NCBI GenBank assembly: GCA_964016885.1
Contig: CAXHJY010000596.1
Location: 1 to 64,000 of the forward strand
Length of the DNA stretch: 64,000 nucleotides
Direction: 5' to 3'
Source: Eledone cirrhosa
Taxonomy: Eukaryota
The notes under the pieces were generated by a model. That model saw only the letters and a list, made by a program, of their open reading frames with translations, had not been told where the DNA came from and searched no databases. Positions 31,810-47,070 of this stretch are shown here, piece after piece; the first letter of the stretch is position 1; every line of letters starts with the position of its first letter. The position numbers and the translations under genes are program-made.

Positions 31810-33746
31810 TCTTTATATATATAAAAGCGAGGATGTGTGTGTCTGTGTACAAGTTTGGATACCTAAGGCCAGAAACTTTGGTCAAATTCGGTTGGTAATT
31901 GTAAAAACAATTGTAAAAACAATTACCAACCGAATTTGACCAAATTTTCTGTGCACGTTGCACAGTTCGCTAAGATGGTCACATCACAAAGATTATTCCA
32001 ATCGACCCACGTTGAGCAATAAAAAATCGATATCAAAATTATCGGCAGCAAAATTGATGTAAGGGAGATAACCAACTTTATTGACAATCCTTATAAAAAA
32101 AAGGGAGATAACCAACTTTATTGACAATCCTTATAAAGAGAGTGTGATATGGAGACCTTCGTTTTCAATTTTAAAACAACAATCATCGTCGGACGAAATT
32201 TCAGAAATATAAACATCAGATTCATTTGAAGATAAATCACTAATATTATCGGTGGATTGGCAGTATCGGTAGAGGGTCGGACGCCATGCTTTCCAGCATA
32301 GTTACGTCCCTTTACGATCTGAGTTCAAATCCCGCCGAGGTTGACTTTGCCTTTCATCCTTACGGGGTAGATAAAATAAAGTACCAGTAATGCACTGGGT
32401 AATTGCTGGCCTTGTGCCTAAAGTAGAAACAATTATCGTTTGTTTCTTGTTTATTCTTTGTTGCACTTTCAAAGTTAAAAAAACACTTGTTGTTTTAACT
32501 TGTTTCACTATATTAAGTGTTAACTTTCGCGGTAAGGGCCTAATCTCGCAGAAGTCTCGAATTGACTAGATTTTGATGATGGTCTGTTTATTTTTTGAAC
32601 AATCCTTATGGGACTTTCCATTCAAACCATTGGGACCTACAGCTTTTACATTTTTAAAGTAATTTCGTCCACATTTGAGGCAGGCATTTTTGACAATGAA
32701 GGAACATACTGAACAGGATTCTTCATGGATGTCCACGGATATGTAAATCTATTGATACTGTATGTGATCCACAGGATGCGGTCAACTATCCAGTTGAATT
32801 TCTAAATTCTTTAAATCCTCCTGGTTTACCTCCTAATACATTGGTTCTGAAAGAGGAAACGCCAGTTATTTTGCTGAGAAATATCACTCCTCCAAAACTA
32901 TGCAATGGTACACGCCTTGGGTTAAAAAACTGTCTCCACTTAGTATTGACGCTACCATTATATCCGGATGTGGAAAAGGTGAGGATGTGATAATAACAAA
33001 AATTAACCTGACTACATCAGGTGTAGATACTCCCTTCTCCTTTCACCGAACCCAATTTCCCCTTCGTGTTGCCTTTGCGATGTCCATAAACAAGTCGCAA
33101 GGTCAAACTCTGTCCGTCACTGGAATTCACTTGGATGAACCTTGCTTTTCGCACGGACAATTCTACGTTGCCTGATCACGAGTTGGCAGTAGAGATAATC
33201 TCTTTGCGTTTGTTCCGAAAAGAAAAACAAAGAATATCGTCTATCCTGAAGTGTTTTAGTGTTAACAAAAAAACTTATTACGGCTCTGCCTTGACTTCAC
33301 CTTACTCATTACAAAACATACCAATGAATATGTCATGCAGGATATTTTGGATTATAAGTTCAAAATTTTGATGTTAAAAAAGTTAAAAAAGGATGCTCTC
33401 AAAGAATAGATTTTCTCTTATTCTACTCTCATTGTTTTTTTGTTTGTATACAACTCTGCTTTCATTACAACTTTTTGTACTTTAGCAAAACTGCCTGTTT
33501 TTTTACAGATTTGCAACGTGTATTGTCTTTAATCATTTGTAGAACTACATCCTGTTCAGTGTTTTCCTTCATTATCAGCATAGTTTTATGTGTACAAAGA
33601 TTGCACTAAATATTCGTTTGCATTAATTATTGAAGACTTCTGCTTATTTTGACAGGTTGGGGACAAATAATGTTCTTCTTTTACTTCCTAGCTGTATATT
33701 CTTAGCATAATTTCAAACCCCGAGCAACGCCAGGTAAATCTGCTAG
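31810..33746 (+). mobile_element. Internally deleted Helitron with nested SINE family 1 (32250-32436)
   Basis: 5' A|TCTTTATATATATAAAAG; 3' cccgagcaacgccaggtaaatctgCTAG|T; internal PIF1 helicase remnant. Confidence 0.85.
32770..33259 (+). pseudogene. Helitron RepHel PIF1-family helicase C-terminus with frameshift and stop
   Basis: YPVEFLNSLNPPGLPP..ILLRNITPPKLCNGTRL / RTQFPLRVAFAMSINKSQGQTL..FSHGQFYVA*SRV..TKNIVYPEV. Confidence 0.93.
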
Positions 33747-33815
33747 TGTAAAATAAAATAATTATTATTATGAGATTCCCCAGTTGCGATATGGATCACA
33801 ATGAAATTTCGCCGT

Positions 33816-33861
33816 ACTGTACTGATGAAGGATAATACACAGAAACATTAGTGTCTGCAGT
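33816..33861 (+). ncRNA. Minimal type I hammerhead motif with unstructured stem II
   Basis: actgta-CTGATGA-13nt-GAAA-cattagtg-TC-tgcagt; predicted cleavage after GUC at 33855. Confidence 0.8.
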
Positions 33862-34023
33862 TCTGTTTACATGCCAATACAAGAGCAGGAATGAGGGGCT
33901 CAGCCTACTGACATGGCTTTAAAAAGGAGGCTTGTTTGCATAATTGCAAACGAATCGAATATTATTATTAATATTCGAAAAACTCAGATTACATTTATTG
34001 TATTCAGCCATGTAGAGCAAAAT

Positions 34024-34225
<202 letters not shown>

Positions 34226-34275
34226 CATATATATATATATATATATATTTACATATATATATATATATATATATT

Positions 34276-34356
<81 letters not shown>

Positions 34357-34439
34357 GAATGTATGTATAGTATATTTGGCAATATTTTGAAGACCATGCA
34401 CTATCATTTTAAAGTAGTGACTATATATGTGTGTATATT

Positions 34440-34772
34440 AGGAGTAAATCCCATGGTCACGACTGACCATGGGATTTACACCTAGAAAGTTTCCCTCCTA
34501 GGTACAAGTTCTGGCAAGGTGGTTTGTGGAAGACCAGTAGTCGCCCTTGCATACCAATCTCCCCTCTCCACACCACCGATGTTGGCCAGGGAAAAGCAAT
34601 AGCCGATACGGCTTGGCACCAGTGACATCACAACTCATTTCTACAGCTGAGTAAACTAGAGTAATGTGAAATAAAGTGTCTTGCTCAAGAACACAACGCC
34701 AAGCCCGGTCCGAGAATCGAACTCATAACCTCACGATTGTAAGCCAGCGCTTTAACCACTAAGTCCTTCACA
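34440..34772 (-). mobile_element. tRNA-derived SINE, family 2 head with a different, longer 3' body
   Basis: B box gagttcgattc, ttcttgagcaagacactttatttcac domain; terminal hairpin gtaaatcccatggtca..tgaccatgggatttac. Confidence 0.75.
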
Positions 34773-35127
34773 CATAATGATAAAAAAGTTTACATATTTT
34801 TTATTGTGGCTACGTTACTCTGGAGTTTCACATGTACTTACAGCATCATCCATCAATCAAGTTATTTATTTATTTACTTTAAAAAATAAAACATTTTTAT
34901 TAAAGTGCTTGTTGGTTTTAATGAAAGTGGACTCTCTCTCTCTCTCTTTCTCTCTCTGTTTGTTCGTTTTCTAATATTTTCAAGGCAGCAAGATATTTTT
35001 CCAAATTTAGTGTAACCTTTTAGCGGAAACCAGACAAACTCGATTATAAACTTATAAATGGCAACTGTTGCAAAGATCACCGTAGTCTTTCTCTGATACA
35101 ACTGGAATTTAACACTGCTTTCTAAAC

Positions 35128-35740
35128 TCTTCTTCTTCATCATCGCCCACATATTCCTGAGAGCGTTGTGGGGGAAGAGTCCTCAAACACTCCCTCCAGA
35201 AGGTCCTACCAGAAGCAACCATTTCCGACTGATCTGACTGGACCCCCAAGCGAGACCAGCCAAACTCGTGGATGTTATCCAACCATCTTGCTCGGGGTCT
35301 ACCCCTGGGTCTCCTGCCAGTTGGTTTTGTCCGTAAAATCTGTCCAGCGATTCTTTCCTGAGACATTCTAACCACATGTCCATAGTATCGGAGCTGTGAT
35401 CTCTCAATTTGGAGAAGTAGCGGCTCTACCTGGAGTGACTCTCTGTTCTCCGAACTACATACTCTATCGAATAACGTTACTCCAAAGACACTTCTGAGGA
35501 GTATTTTTCGGCCGCTCGTATCCGTGAGCATATTCTTCCAGTCATTACCCAAGATTCATGAGCAGAGGTAAGGGTTGGCATGAATACCGAATTGAAGTTA
35601 GCGAGTTTGGCTTTTACACCTACCTCCCTTCTTCTGACTGAATGGTGAAACTGGCGAATTACTGCACCAGCTCCTGTACTTAATTCAGCCTCCTGCCTTC
35701 CATCACTCGTGAACACGGCCCCGAGACACTTGAACTCCAT
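35128..35740 (-). pseudogene. RTE/Expander LINE 3' fragment
   Basis: FKCLGAVFTSDGR..PTLT..ESWVMT..QLRYYGHVVRMSQER..GRRPRGRPRARW; (GAA)n tail. Confidence 0.92.
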
Positions 35741-35794
35741 TCACGTGTAGCGTGAATATATATATTTGTTCGAGTATGTTGGCATTGCCACGTA

Positions 35795-36249
35795 CTAGCA
35801 GAAAAACCACCCTGCGGGTGGTTTTCTGCTAGCATGTGTGGTGTGTATATTGATATTATACGCAATTATATATACATGTAGATATGATACATCAAATAAA
35901 ATCGTAATTGACAACATAAACAGAAATTGAACGAAAACTGCGTTACACTGTCTTATTTAATCAGTGACGTAATCTACACCGGAAGTGTTGACATTACACA
36001 CTCTTTCTTTCTATATATATGGTAGTCTAAGTGGTGGTGGTAACGATAAACCGGAAGTGCAACTTTGAAAAGAAGTCAATTTTAAATTATTTATTTTTAC
36101 GAAAATATTTTTGTTTACGAAATTTAGTAGATAAATTATGTAATATTCATTCATTATTTATTTAAAGTAATCCAACTTATTTTACTAACGGGATAAAAAA
36201 AAAATAAACCGTACGCAGTCCCGCACTCCTTCCTTTATTATAGTTTAGA
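35795..36249 (-). mobile_element. Non-autonomous Helitron, second copy
   Basis: TC 5' end; 3' hairpin ccacccgcagggtgg then CTAG|T. Confidence 0.82.
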
Positions 36250-36374
36250 TTAGAATAGATGATAAATCCATAAATATATACATATATTTATTTGCTTCTA
36301 TCTATATATATATTTATGAATGTATAATCATATACATGTAGAGCCCCACAAACACCTGCATGTGCAAAACATAC

Positions 36375-38312
36375 ACATATATACTTACACATATATACAT
36401 ACACACATCTACATACGCACATCTACATACACATATATACATACACATATATACATACACACACATCTACATACAAACATCTACATACACACACATCTAC
36501 ATACACACATCTACATACACATATATACATACACATATACACATACACATATACACATACACACATCTACATACACACATCTACATACATACATCTACAT
36601 GCACATATATACATACACACACATCTACATACACACATATATACTCACACACATCTACACACACCTACACACACACACACACATCTACACACACACATAC
36701 ACATCTACATACACACATCTACACACACATCTACATACACACACATCTACACACACACATCTACATACACACATCGACACACACACATCTACACACACAC
36801 ACATCTATATACACACATCTACACATACACACACATCTACACACACACATACACACATCTACATATACACATCTACATACACACATCTACACACACACAT
36901 CTACACACACACACATCTACATACACACATCTACACATACATACACATCTACACACACACATACACACATCTACATATACACATCTACATACACATATCT
37001 ACACACACACATATACATGCACACACATCTACATACACATATCTACACACACACATCTACATGCACACACACACATCTACACATACACACACATCTACAC
37101 ACACACATACATACATCTACATACACATATCTACACACACATCTACACACATCTACATACACACACACATCTACATACACATATACATATACACATCTAC
37201 ATATACACATATATACATACACACACATCTACATACACACACATCTACATACACACATATATACACACATCTAGACACACACATCTACATACACAAATCT
37301 ATATACACACATCTATATACACAGATCTACATACACACATATATACACACATCTACACACACACATCTACACACACACATCTACGTACACACACATCTAC
37401 ACACACACATCTACATACACACATCTACATACACACATCTACACATACACACATCTATACACACACATCTACACACACATCTACATATACACACATCTAC
37501 ACACACACATCTACATACACACATCTACACACACACATCTACACATACACACATCTACATACACACATCTACACACACACATCTACACACACACATACAC
37601 ACATCTACATACACATATATACACACACACATCTGCATACACACATCTACACACACACATCTACATATACACATATACATACACACATCTATACACACAC
37701 ATCTACACACACACATCTACACATCTACATACACACATCTACATACACACATCTACATACACACACACATCTACATACACATATCTACATACACACATCT
37801 ACACACACACATCTACACACACACATCTACATAAACACACACACATCTACACACACACATCTACACACACACATCTACATACACACACACACATCTGCAT
37901 ACACACATCTACACACACACATCTACATATACACATATACATACACACATCTATACACACACATCTACACACACACATCTACACACACACATCTACACAC
38001 ACACATCTACACACACACATCTACACATCTACATACACACATCTACACACACACCTACACACACACATCTACATACACACACACATCTACATACACATAT
38101 CTACATACACACATCTACACACACACACATCTACATCTACACATCTACACACACACACATCTACACATCTACATACACACATCTACACACACACCTACAC
38201 ACACACATCTACATACACACACACATCTACATACACATATCTACATACACACATCTACACACACACACATCTACATCTACATATCTACACACACACACAT
38301 CTACATCTACAC
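36375..38312. repeat. Compound (CA)n array punctuated by tcta
   Basis: Direct reading. Confidence 0.95.
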
Positions 38313-38514
38313 ATCAAGTGAACGTAGGTGTATGTTTCTTATGACTATTGTATAATACACACATACACATATACACACACACATACACACACACACACAC
38401 ACACATACACACACACATATATATATATACATACACACACATACACACTCATATCCAATGATATTTTCATGTATCAGTCTCATCTTGTATTTCTGACTAA
38501 GTCTTCGGTTATCT

Positions 38515-38659
<145 letters not shown>

Positions 38660-38724
38660 GAGAGAGAGAGATGATTCCCATTCTCCTTGAACGATCAACG
38701 TTTATTCATACACACACGTAGGTA

Positions 38725-38830
38725 GTGCTGGGGTGCTGGAGTCGTGATGATAAGGTCGTGGATGCGATACCCGGGTTGCGCGGTGGGTTGTGTTCTTGGG
38801 CAAAATACTTTATTTCACTTTACCCCTTCC
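38725..38830 (+). mobile_element. Diverged SINE family 2 5' half running into the 67-bp satellite
   Basis: gtgttcttgggcaaaatactttatttcac resembles gtccttgagcaagacactttatttcac. Confidence 0.65.
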
Positions 38831-41800
38831 GCCAGGAGTTGTGACCATAGAAAGACCAATATTCTACCGTTGATCTAATCTCATCATCAGATCTTCTGCC
38901 AGGAGTTGTGACAATAGAAAGACCAATATTCTCCCGTTGGTCTCATCTCATCATCAGATCTTCAGCCAGTTGTGACAATCGAAAGACCAATATTCTCCCG
39001 TTGGTCTAATCTCATCATCAGATCTTCTGCCAGGAGTAGTGACAATAGAAAGACCAATATTCTCCCGTTGATCTAATCTCATCATCAGATCTTCCGCCAG
39101 GAGTTGTGACCATAGAAAGACCAATATTCTCCCGTTGATCTAATCTCATCATCAGATCTTCCGCCAGGAGTTGTGACCATAGAAAGACCAATATTCTCCC
39201 GTTGGTCTAATCTCATCATCAGATCTTCTGCCAGGAGTTGTAACAATAGAAAGACCAATATTCTCCCGTTGGTCTAATCTCATCATCAGATCTTCTGCCA
39301 GGAGTTGTGACCATAGAAAGACCAATATTCTACCGTTGGTCTAATCTCATCTTCAGATCTTCTGCCAGGAGTTGTGACAATAGAAAGACCAATATTCTCC
39401 CGTTGATCAAATCTCATCATCAGATCTTCCGCCAGGAGTTGTGACAATAGAAAGACCAATATTCTACCGTTGGTCTAATCTCATCATCAGATCTTCAGCC
39501 AGTTGTGACAATAGAAAGACCAATATTCTCCCGTTGGTCTAATCTCATCATCAGATTATCTGCCAGGAGTTGTGACCATAGAAAGACCAATATTCTACCG
39601 TTGGTCTAATCTCATCTTCAGATCTTCCGCCAGGAGTTGTGACAATAGAAAGACCAATATTCTACCGTTGGTCTAATCTCATCTTCAGATCTTCAGCCAG
39701 TTGTGACAATAGAAAGACCAATATTCTCCCGTTGGTCTCATCTCATCATCAGATCTTCAGCCAGTTGTGACAATCGAAAGACCAATATTCTCCCGTTGGT
39801 CTAATCTCATCATCAGATCTTCTGCCAGGAGTTGTGACCATAGAAAGACCAATATTCTACCGTTGGTCTAATCTCATCTTCAGATCTTCCGCCAGGAGTT
39901 GTGACAATAGAAAGACCAATATTCTACCGTTGGTCTAATCTCATCTTCAGATCTTCCGCCAGGAGTAGTGACAATAGAAAGACCAATATTCTACCGTTGG
40001 TCTAATCTCATCTTCAGATCTTCCGCCAGGAGTAGTGACAATAGAAAGACCAATATTCTACCGTTGGTCTAATCTCATCTTCAGATCTTCCGCCAGGAGT
40101 AGTGACAATAGAAAGACCAATATTCTACCGTTGGTCTAATCTCATCTTCAGATCTTCCGCCAGGAGTTGTGACAATAGAAAGACCAATATTCTCCCGTTG
40201 GTCTAATCTCATCATCAGATCTTCTGCCAGGAGTTGTGACAATAGAAAGACCAATATTCTACCGTTGATCTAATCTCATCATCAGATCTTCTGCCAGGAG
40301 TTGTGACAATAGAAAGACCAATATTCTCCCGTTGGTCTCATCTCATCATCAGATCTTCGGCCAGTTGTGACAATCGAAAGACCAATATTCTCCCGTTGGT
40401 CTAATCTCATCTTCAGATCTTCTGCCAGGAGTTGTGACAATAGAAAGACCAATATTCTCCCGTTGATCAAATCTCATCATCAGATCTTCCGCCAGGAGTT
40501 GTGACAATAGAAAGACCAATATTCTACCGTTGGTCTAATCTCATCATCAGATCTTCAGCCAGTTGTGACAATAGAAAGACCAATATTCTCCCGTTGGTCT
40601 CATCTCATCATCAGATCTTCAGCCAGTTGTGACAATCGAAAGACCAATATTCTCCCGTTGGTCTAATCTCATCATCAGATCTTCTGCCAGGAGTTGTGAC
40701 CATAGAAAGACCAATATTCTACCGTTGGTCTAATCTCATCTTCAGATCTTCCGCCAGGAGTTGTGACAATAGAAAGACCAATATTCTACCGTTGGTCTAA
40801 TCTCATCTTCAGATCTTCAGCCAGTTGTGACAATAGAAAGACCAATATTCTCCCGTTGGTCTCATCTCATCATCAGATCTTCAGCCAGTTGTGACAATCG
40901 AAAGACCAATATTCTCCCGTTGGTCTAATCTCATCATCAGATCTTCTGCCAGGAGTTGTGACCATAGAAAGACCAATATTCTACCGTTGGTCTAATCTCA
41001 TCTTCAGATCTTCCGCCAGGAGTTGTGACAATAGAAAGACCAATATTCTACCGTTGGTCTAATCTCATCTTCAGATCTTCCGCCAGGAGTAGTGACAATA
41101 GAAAGACCAATATTCTACCGTTGGTCTAATCTCATCTTCAGATCTTCCGCCAGGAGTAGTGACAATAGAAAGACCAATATTCTACCGTTGGTCTAATCTC
41201 ATCTTCAGATCTTCCGCCAGGAGTAGTGACAATAGAAAGACCAATATTCTACCGTTGATCTAATCTCATCATCAGATCTTCTGCCAGGAGTTGTGACAAT
41301 AGAAAGACCAATATTCTCCCGTTGGTCTCATCTCATCATCAGATCTTCCGCCAGGAGTTGTGACCATAGAAAGACCAATATTCTCCCGTTGGTCTAATCT
41401 CATCATCAGATCTTCTGCCAGGAGTTGTAACAATAGAAAGACCAATATTCTACCGTTGGTCTAATCTCATCATCAGATCTTCTGCCAGGAGTTGTGACCA
41501 TAGAAAGACCAATATTCTACCGTTGGTCTAATCTCATCTTCAGATCTTCTGCCAGGAGTTGTGACAATAGAAAGACCAATATTCTCCCGTTGATCAAATC
41601 TCATCATCAGATCTTCCGCCAGGAGTTGTGACAATAGAAAGACCAATATTCTACCGTTGGTCTAATCTCATCATCAGATCTTCAGCCAGTTGTGACAATA
41701 GAAAGACCAATATTCTCCCGTTGGTCTCATCTCATCATCAGATCTTCAGCCAGTTGTGACAATCGAAAGACCAATATTCTCCCGTTGGTCTAATCTCATC

Positions 41801-42436
41801 ATCAGATCTTCTGCCAGGAGTTGTGACCATAGAAAGACCAATATTCTACCGTTGGTCTAATCTCATCTTCAGATCTTCCGCCAGGAGTTGTGACAATAGA
41901 AAGACCAATATTCTACCGTTGGTCTAATCTCATCTTCAGATCTTCAGCCAGTTGTGACAATAGAAAGACCAATATTCTCCCGTTGGTCTCATCTCATCAT
42001 CAGATCTTCAGCCAGTTGTGACAATCGAAAGACCAATATTCTCCCGTTGGTCTAATCTCATCATCAGATCTTCTGCCAGGAGTTGTGACCATAGAAAGAC
42101 CAATATTCTACCGTTGGTCTAATCTCATCTTCAGATCTTCCGCCAGGAGTTGTGACAATAGAAAGACCAATATTCTACCGTTGGTCTAATCTCATCTTCA
42201 GATCTTCCGCCAGGAGTAGTGACAATAGAAAGACCAATATTCTACCGTTGGTCTAATCTCATCTTCAGATCTTCCGCCAGGAGTAGTGACAATAGAAAGA
42301 CCAATATTCTACCGTTGGTCTAATCTCATCTTCAGATCTTCCGCCAGGAGTAGTGACAATAGAAAGACCAATATTCTACCGTTGGTCTAATCTCATCTTC
42401 AGATCTTCCGCCAGGAGTTGTGACAATAGAAAGACC
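38827..42436. repeat. 67-bp (and 64-bp variant) tandem satellite, ~54 copies, with higher-order pattern
   Basis: Unit gccaggagttgtgacaatagaaagaccaatattctaccgttggtctaatctcatcttcagatcttcc. Confidence 0.97.
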
Positions 42437-42684
42437 TCGGCGGGATTTGAACTTAGATCGTAAAGGGGCGTAACTATGCTGGAAAGCATGGCGTCCGACC
42501 CTCTACTGATACTGCCAATCCACTAGATTTTATATAATATAGCATACATATATAATTGTTTCTACGTTAGGCACAAGGCCAGCAATTACCCAGTGCATTA
42601 CTGGTACTTTATTTTATCGACCCCGTAAGGATGAAAGGCAAAGTTAACCTCGGCGGGATTTGAACTCAGAATGGCAAGGGCCGT
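42436..42684 (-). mobile_element. Two SINE family 1 fragments
   Basis: Match the other family 1 copies. Confidence 0.85.
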
Positions 42685-42707
42685 TACATATATAATGAGT
42701 GTGTGGT

Positions 42708-43078
42708 TATGGTGGCAGTGATGGTGATGAAGATGGTGGTGGTGATGATGGTGTTGATGGTGGTGGTGGTGATGATGATGATGGTGGTGGTGATGATGGT
42801 GATGGTGGTGGTGGTGATGATGGTGATGATGATGGTGGTGGTGATGATGGTGGTGATGGTAGTGATGGTGGTGATGATAGTGGTGGTGGTGGTGGTGATG
42901 GTGGTGGTGGTGGTGGTGATGGTGGTGATGATAGTGGTGGTGGTGATGATGGTGGTGATGGTGGTGATGGTGGTGATGGTGGTGGTGATGGTGGTGTTGG
43001 TGGTGATGATGGTGATGATGGTGGTGATGGTGGTGGTGATGATGGTGATGGTGGTGATGAAGATGGTGGTGGTGATGA

Positions 43079-43110
<32 letters not shown>

Positions 43111-43545
43111 ATGGTGTTGATGGTGGTGGTGGTGATGATGATGATGGTGGTGGTGATGATGGTGATGGTGGTGGTGGTGATGATGGTGATGATGATGGTG
43201 ATGGTGGTGGTGATGGTGGTGATGGTGGTGGTGGTGGTGATGATGGTGGTGGTGGTGGTGATGGTGATGGTGGTGATGATGGTGATGGTGGTGGTGGTGA
43301 TGGTGATGGTGGTGGTGATGGTGGTGGTGGTGATGGTGGTGGTGATGGTGGTGATGGTGGTGGTGGTGATGGTGGTGGTGGTGGTGGTGGTGGTGTTGAT
43401 AGTGGTGGTGGTGGTGGTGTGGTAATGGTGGTGGTGGTGATGGTGGTGATGATGGTGGTGGTGGTGGTGGTGATGGGGATGATGGTGGTGATGATGATGG
43501 TGGTGATGGTGGTGGTGGTGGTGGTGGTGATGATGATGGTGGTGG

Positions 43546-43576
<31 letters not shown>

Positions 43577-45366
43577 GATGGTGTTGATGGTGGTGGTGGT
43601 GATGATGATGATGGTGGTGGTGATGATGGTGATGATGATGGTGGTGGTGATGATGGTGGTGATGGTGATGATGGTGGTGATGGTGGTGATGATGGTGGTG
43701 GTGGTGGTGATGGTGGTGATGGTGGTGGTGGTGGTGATGATGGTGGTGGTGATGATGGTGCTGGTGGTGGTGATGGTGATGGTGGTGATGATGGTGATGG
43801 TGGTGGTGGTGATGATTGTGATGGTGGTGGTGGTGATGATGATGATGGTGATGATGATGGTGATGGTGGTGATGATCATGGTGATGATGGTTGTGATGGT
43901 GGTGGTGGTGGTGATGATGATGGTGATGATGGTGATGATGGTGGTGGTGATGGTGATGATGAGGAAGGGGGCAGAGGAATGTAGCTAGGAAAGGGAGGCC
44001 TTCAGGGGTGTGAATGTTTAAAATAACCATCACCACCATCATCACCATCATCACCACCACCACCACCATCACCACCATCACCACCATCATCACCATCATC
44101 ACCACCACCACCACCATCACCACCATCACCACCATCATCACCATCAACACCACCCCCATCACCATCATCACCACCACCATCATCACCATCACCATCACCA
44201 CCACCACCATTACCACACCACCACCACCACCACTATCAACACCACCACCATCACCACCATCACCACCACCATCACCACCACCACCATCACCACCATCACC
44301 ACCACCATCACCACCACCACCATCACCACCATCACCACCACCATCACCATCATCACCATCATCACCACCATCACCACCACCATCATCACATCACCACCAC
44401 CACCACCACCACCATCATCACCACCATTACCACACCACCACCACCACCACCACTATCAACACCACCACCACCACCATCACCACCACCACCACCACCACCA
44501 CCATCACCACCACCACCATTACCACACCACCACCACCACCACCACCACCACCATCACCACCACCACCATCACCACCATCACCACCACCATCACCACCACC
44601 ACCATCACCACCATCACCACCACCATCACCACCACCACCATTACCACACCACCACCACCACTATCACCACCACCACCACCACCATCATCACCACCATCAC
44701 CACCATCACCACCACCATCATCACCATCACCACCACCACCATCACCATCACCATAACCACCATCACCACCATCACCACCACCATCACCACCACCACCATT
44801 ACCACACCACCACCACCATTATCACCACCATCACCACCACCACCACCATCACCACCATCACCACCATCACCACCACCATCACCACCATCACCATTACCAC
44901 ACCACCTCCACCACCATCACCACCACCATCACCACCACCATCACCATCACCATCACCACCATCACCATCACCACCATCACCACCACCATCACCACCATCA
45001 CCACCATCACCACCACCACCATCACCACCACCATCACCATCACCATCATCACCACCACCATCACCACCACCACCATCACCACCACCACCACCATCACCAC
45101 CATCACCACCACCATCACCACCACCATCACCACCATCACCACCACCATCACCACCACCATCACCATCACCATCATCACCAACACCATCACCACCATCACC
45201 ATCACCACCACCATCACCATCATCACCATCACCACCACCACCACTATCACCACCATCACCACCACCATCACCACCACCATCACCATCATCACCATCACCA
45301 TCACCACCACCACCACCATCACCACCATCGCCACCACCATCACCACCACCATCACCACCATCATCA
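42708..45366. repeat. (GGT/GAT)n and (CCA/TCA)n arrays in inverted orientation
   Basis: Polarity switch at ~43962-44025. Confidence 0.93.
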
Positions 45367-45853
45367 TCGGATAGCACCGTATCACCTGATACAGTAGGTC
45401 AGACGTAGCACACACGTGTAACACACACGACCGCCACCACCTCCGCCACCAGAGAGAAGACAAACATTAGGGATGCACCTGAGTTAAATATTTAACAGGT
45501 ACACCTGGGAGAGTTTGTGAACATAACCCCCTCGGTGGTGGTGGTGGTGGTGGTGGTGGGGGGGGGGGGGGGGGGGGGGGGGGTTATACTTTCACTTGGT
45601 AGGCACGGCTTTTGTTGTTTTTTAAGGGCTCTACTTAAGCCTACGGTAACTTACACAACCACGTCTGACCATTCAGCGAAAACAATTGAAATATTTACAG
45701 AAATAGAAACATCACAGCTCCGATATCTATCTATATCCTTAGTTCTCAGGGAGATTCAGCACGACCGTGTGTGACAAAGTGTTTAGTGCCCAGGAGCAAT
45801 GTGGTAACAACGAAAATAAAATTATAATTTATCAGATCTTCTTACTCTACCTT

Positions 45854-45970
<117 letters not shown>

Positions 45971-46206
45971 AGAAAGTATGACCCCGACGGCAGAGCTCAA
46001 GCCGTTTCGACGGCTATTTCTGGACTAAACTAAGAGTTTTTTTTACCAGACTGAAAAAACTCTTACTTTAGTCCAGAAATAGCCGTCGAAACGGCTTGAG
46101 CTCTGCCGTCGGGGTCATACTTTCTCCTATTACCCACTCTACTACCCTAAGTATTGAGTAATCTGGTGCGTTTTGGTCTATCTGGTTCCTTACCACATTT
46201 CCTTCG

Positions 46207-46272
<66 letters not shown>

Positions 46273-46273
<1 letters not shown>

Positions 46274-47070
46274 ATAATTGTTTCTACTTTAGGCACAAGG
46301 CCAGCAATTACTCAGTGCATTACTGGTACTTTATTTTATCGACCCCGTAAGGATGAAAGGCAAAGTTAACCTCGGCGGGATTTGAACTCAGAATGGCAAG
46401 GGCCGTAACTCTTTTCTGCAAAGCATGGCGTCAGACCCTCTACCGATACTGCTAATCCAATGGTTTCATGTATTGGCCACAGGGGCCGACATATAGGGGT
46501 CAATACAAAAGACTGGGACAGTCGGGGTTTACATATACAAAGTGTAAACAATATAAATAACAATAACAAAATAACAACAAAAATACAAGAAAAATTCCCC
46601 AATAGGGGGATGACCACCCAGGGTTCACTTATGTACCCCACCAATCCTGAACGACCCGACGCTTCGCGAGCACCTGGGAAGGGCACCCCTCTCCTCCTCA
46701 AATTCACCCACTTACAGGCGCATGATCATAGTAGGCCCACTCACAGGGGCCATTCTCGCCACATTCACCCACCTTTCAGCAAATGAATAATAATAATTGT
46801 TTCTACTTTTGGCACAAGGCCAGCAATTTATCACAGTGTATTACTGGTACTTTATTTTATCGACCCCGTAATAATAATAATAATAATAAGCGAAAGGTAT
46901 AACACTATAGCATCACTATTTATTTCATAGCATAGTTACGTCCCTTTACAGTCTGAGTTCAAATCCAGCCAAGGTTAACTTTGCCTTTCATCCTTACGGG
47001 GTCGATAAAATAAAGTACCAGTAATGTACTGGGTAATTTGCTGGCCTTGTGCCTAAAGTAGAAACAATTA
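46273..47070. mobile_element. SINE family 1 cluster: 46273-46460(-), 46793-46870(-), 46927-47070(+)
   Basis: Match the other family 1 copies. Confidence 0.85.

Noticed and set aside
38827-42436. CRISPR-like array or tandem hammerhead retrozyme
   Set aside because: No unique spacers and no cas genes; CTGA(T/A)GA lies on the minus strand while GAAA-stem-CUA lies on the plus strand, so no complete core exists on either
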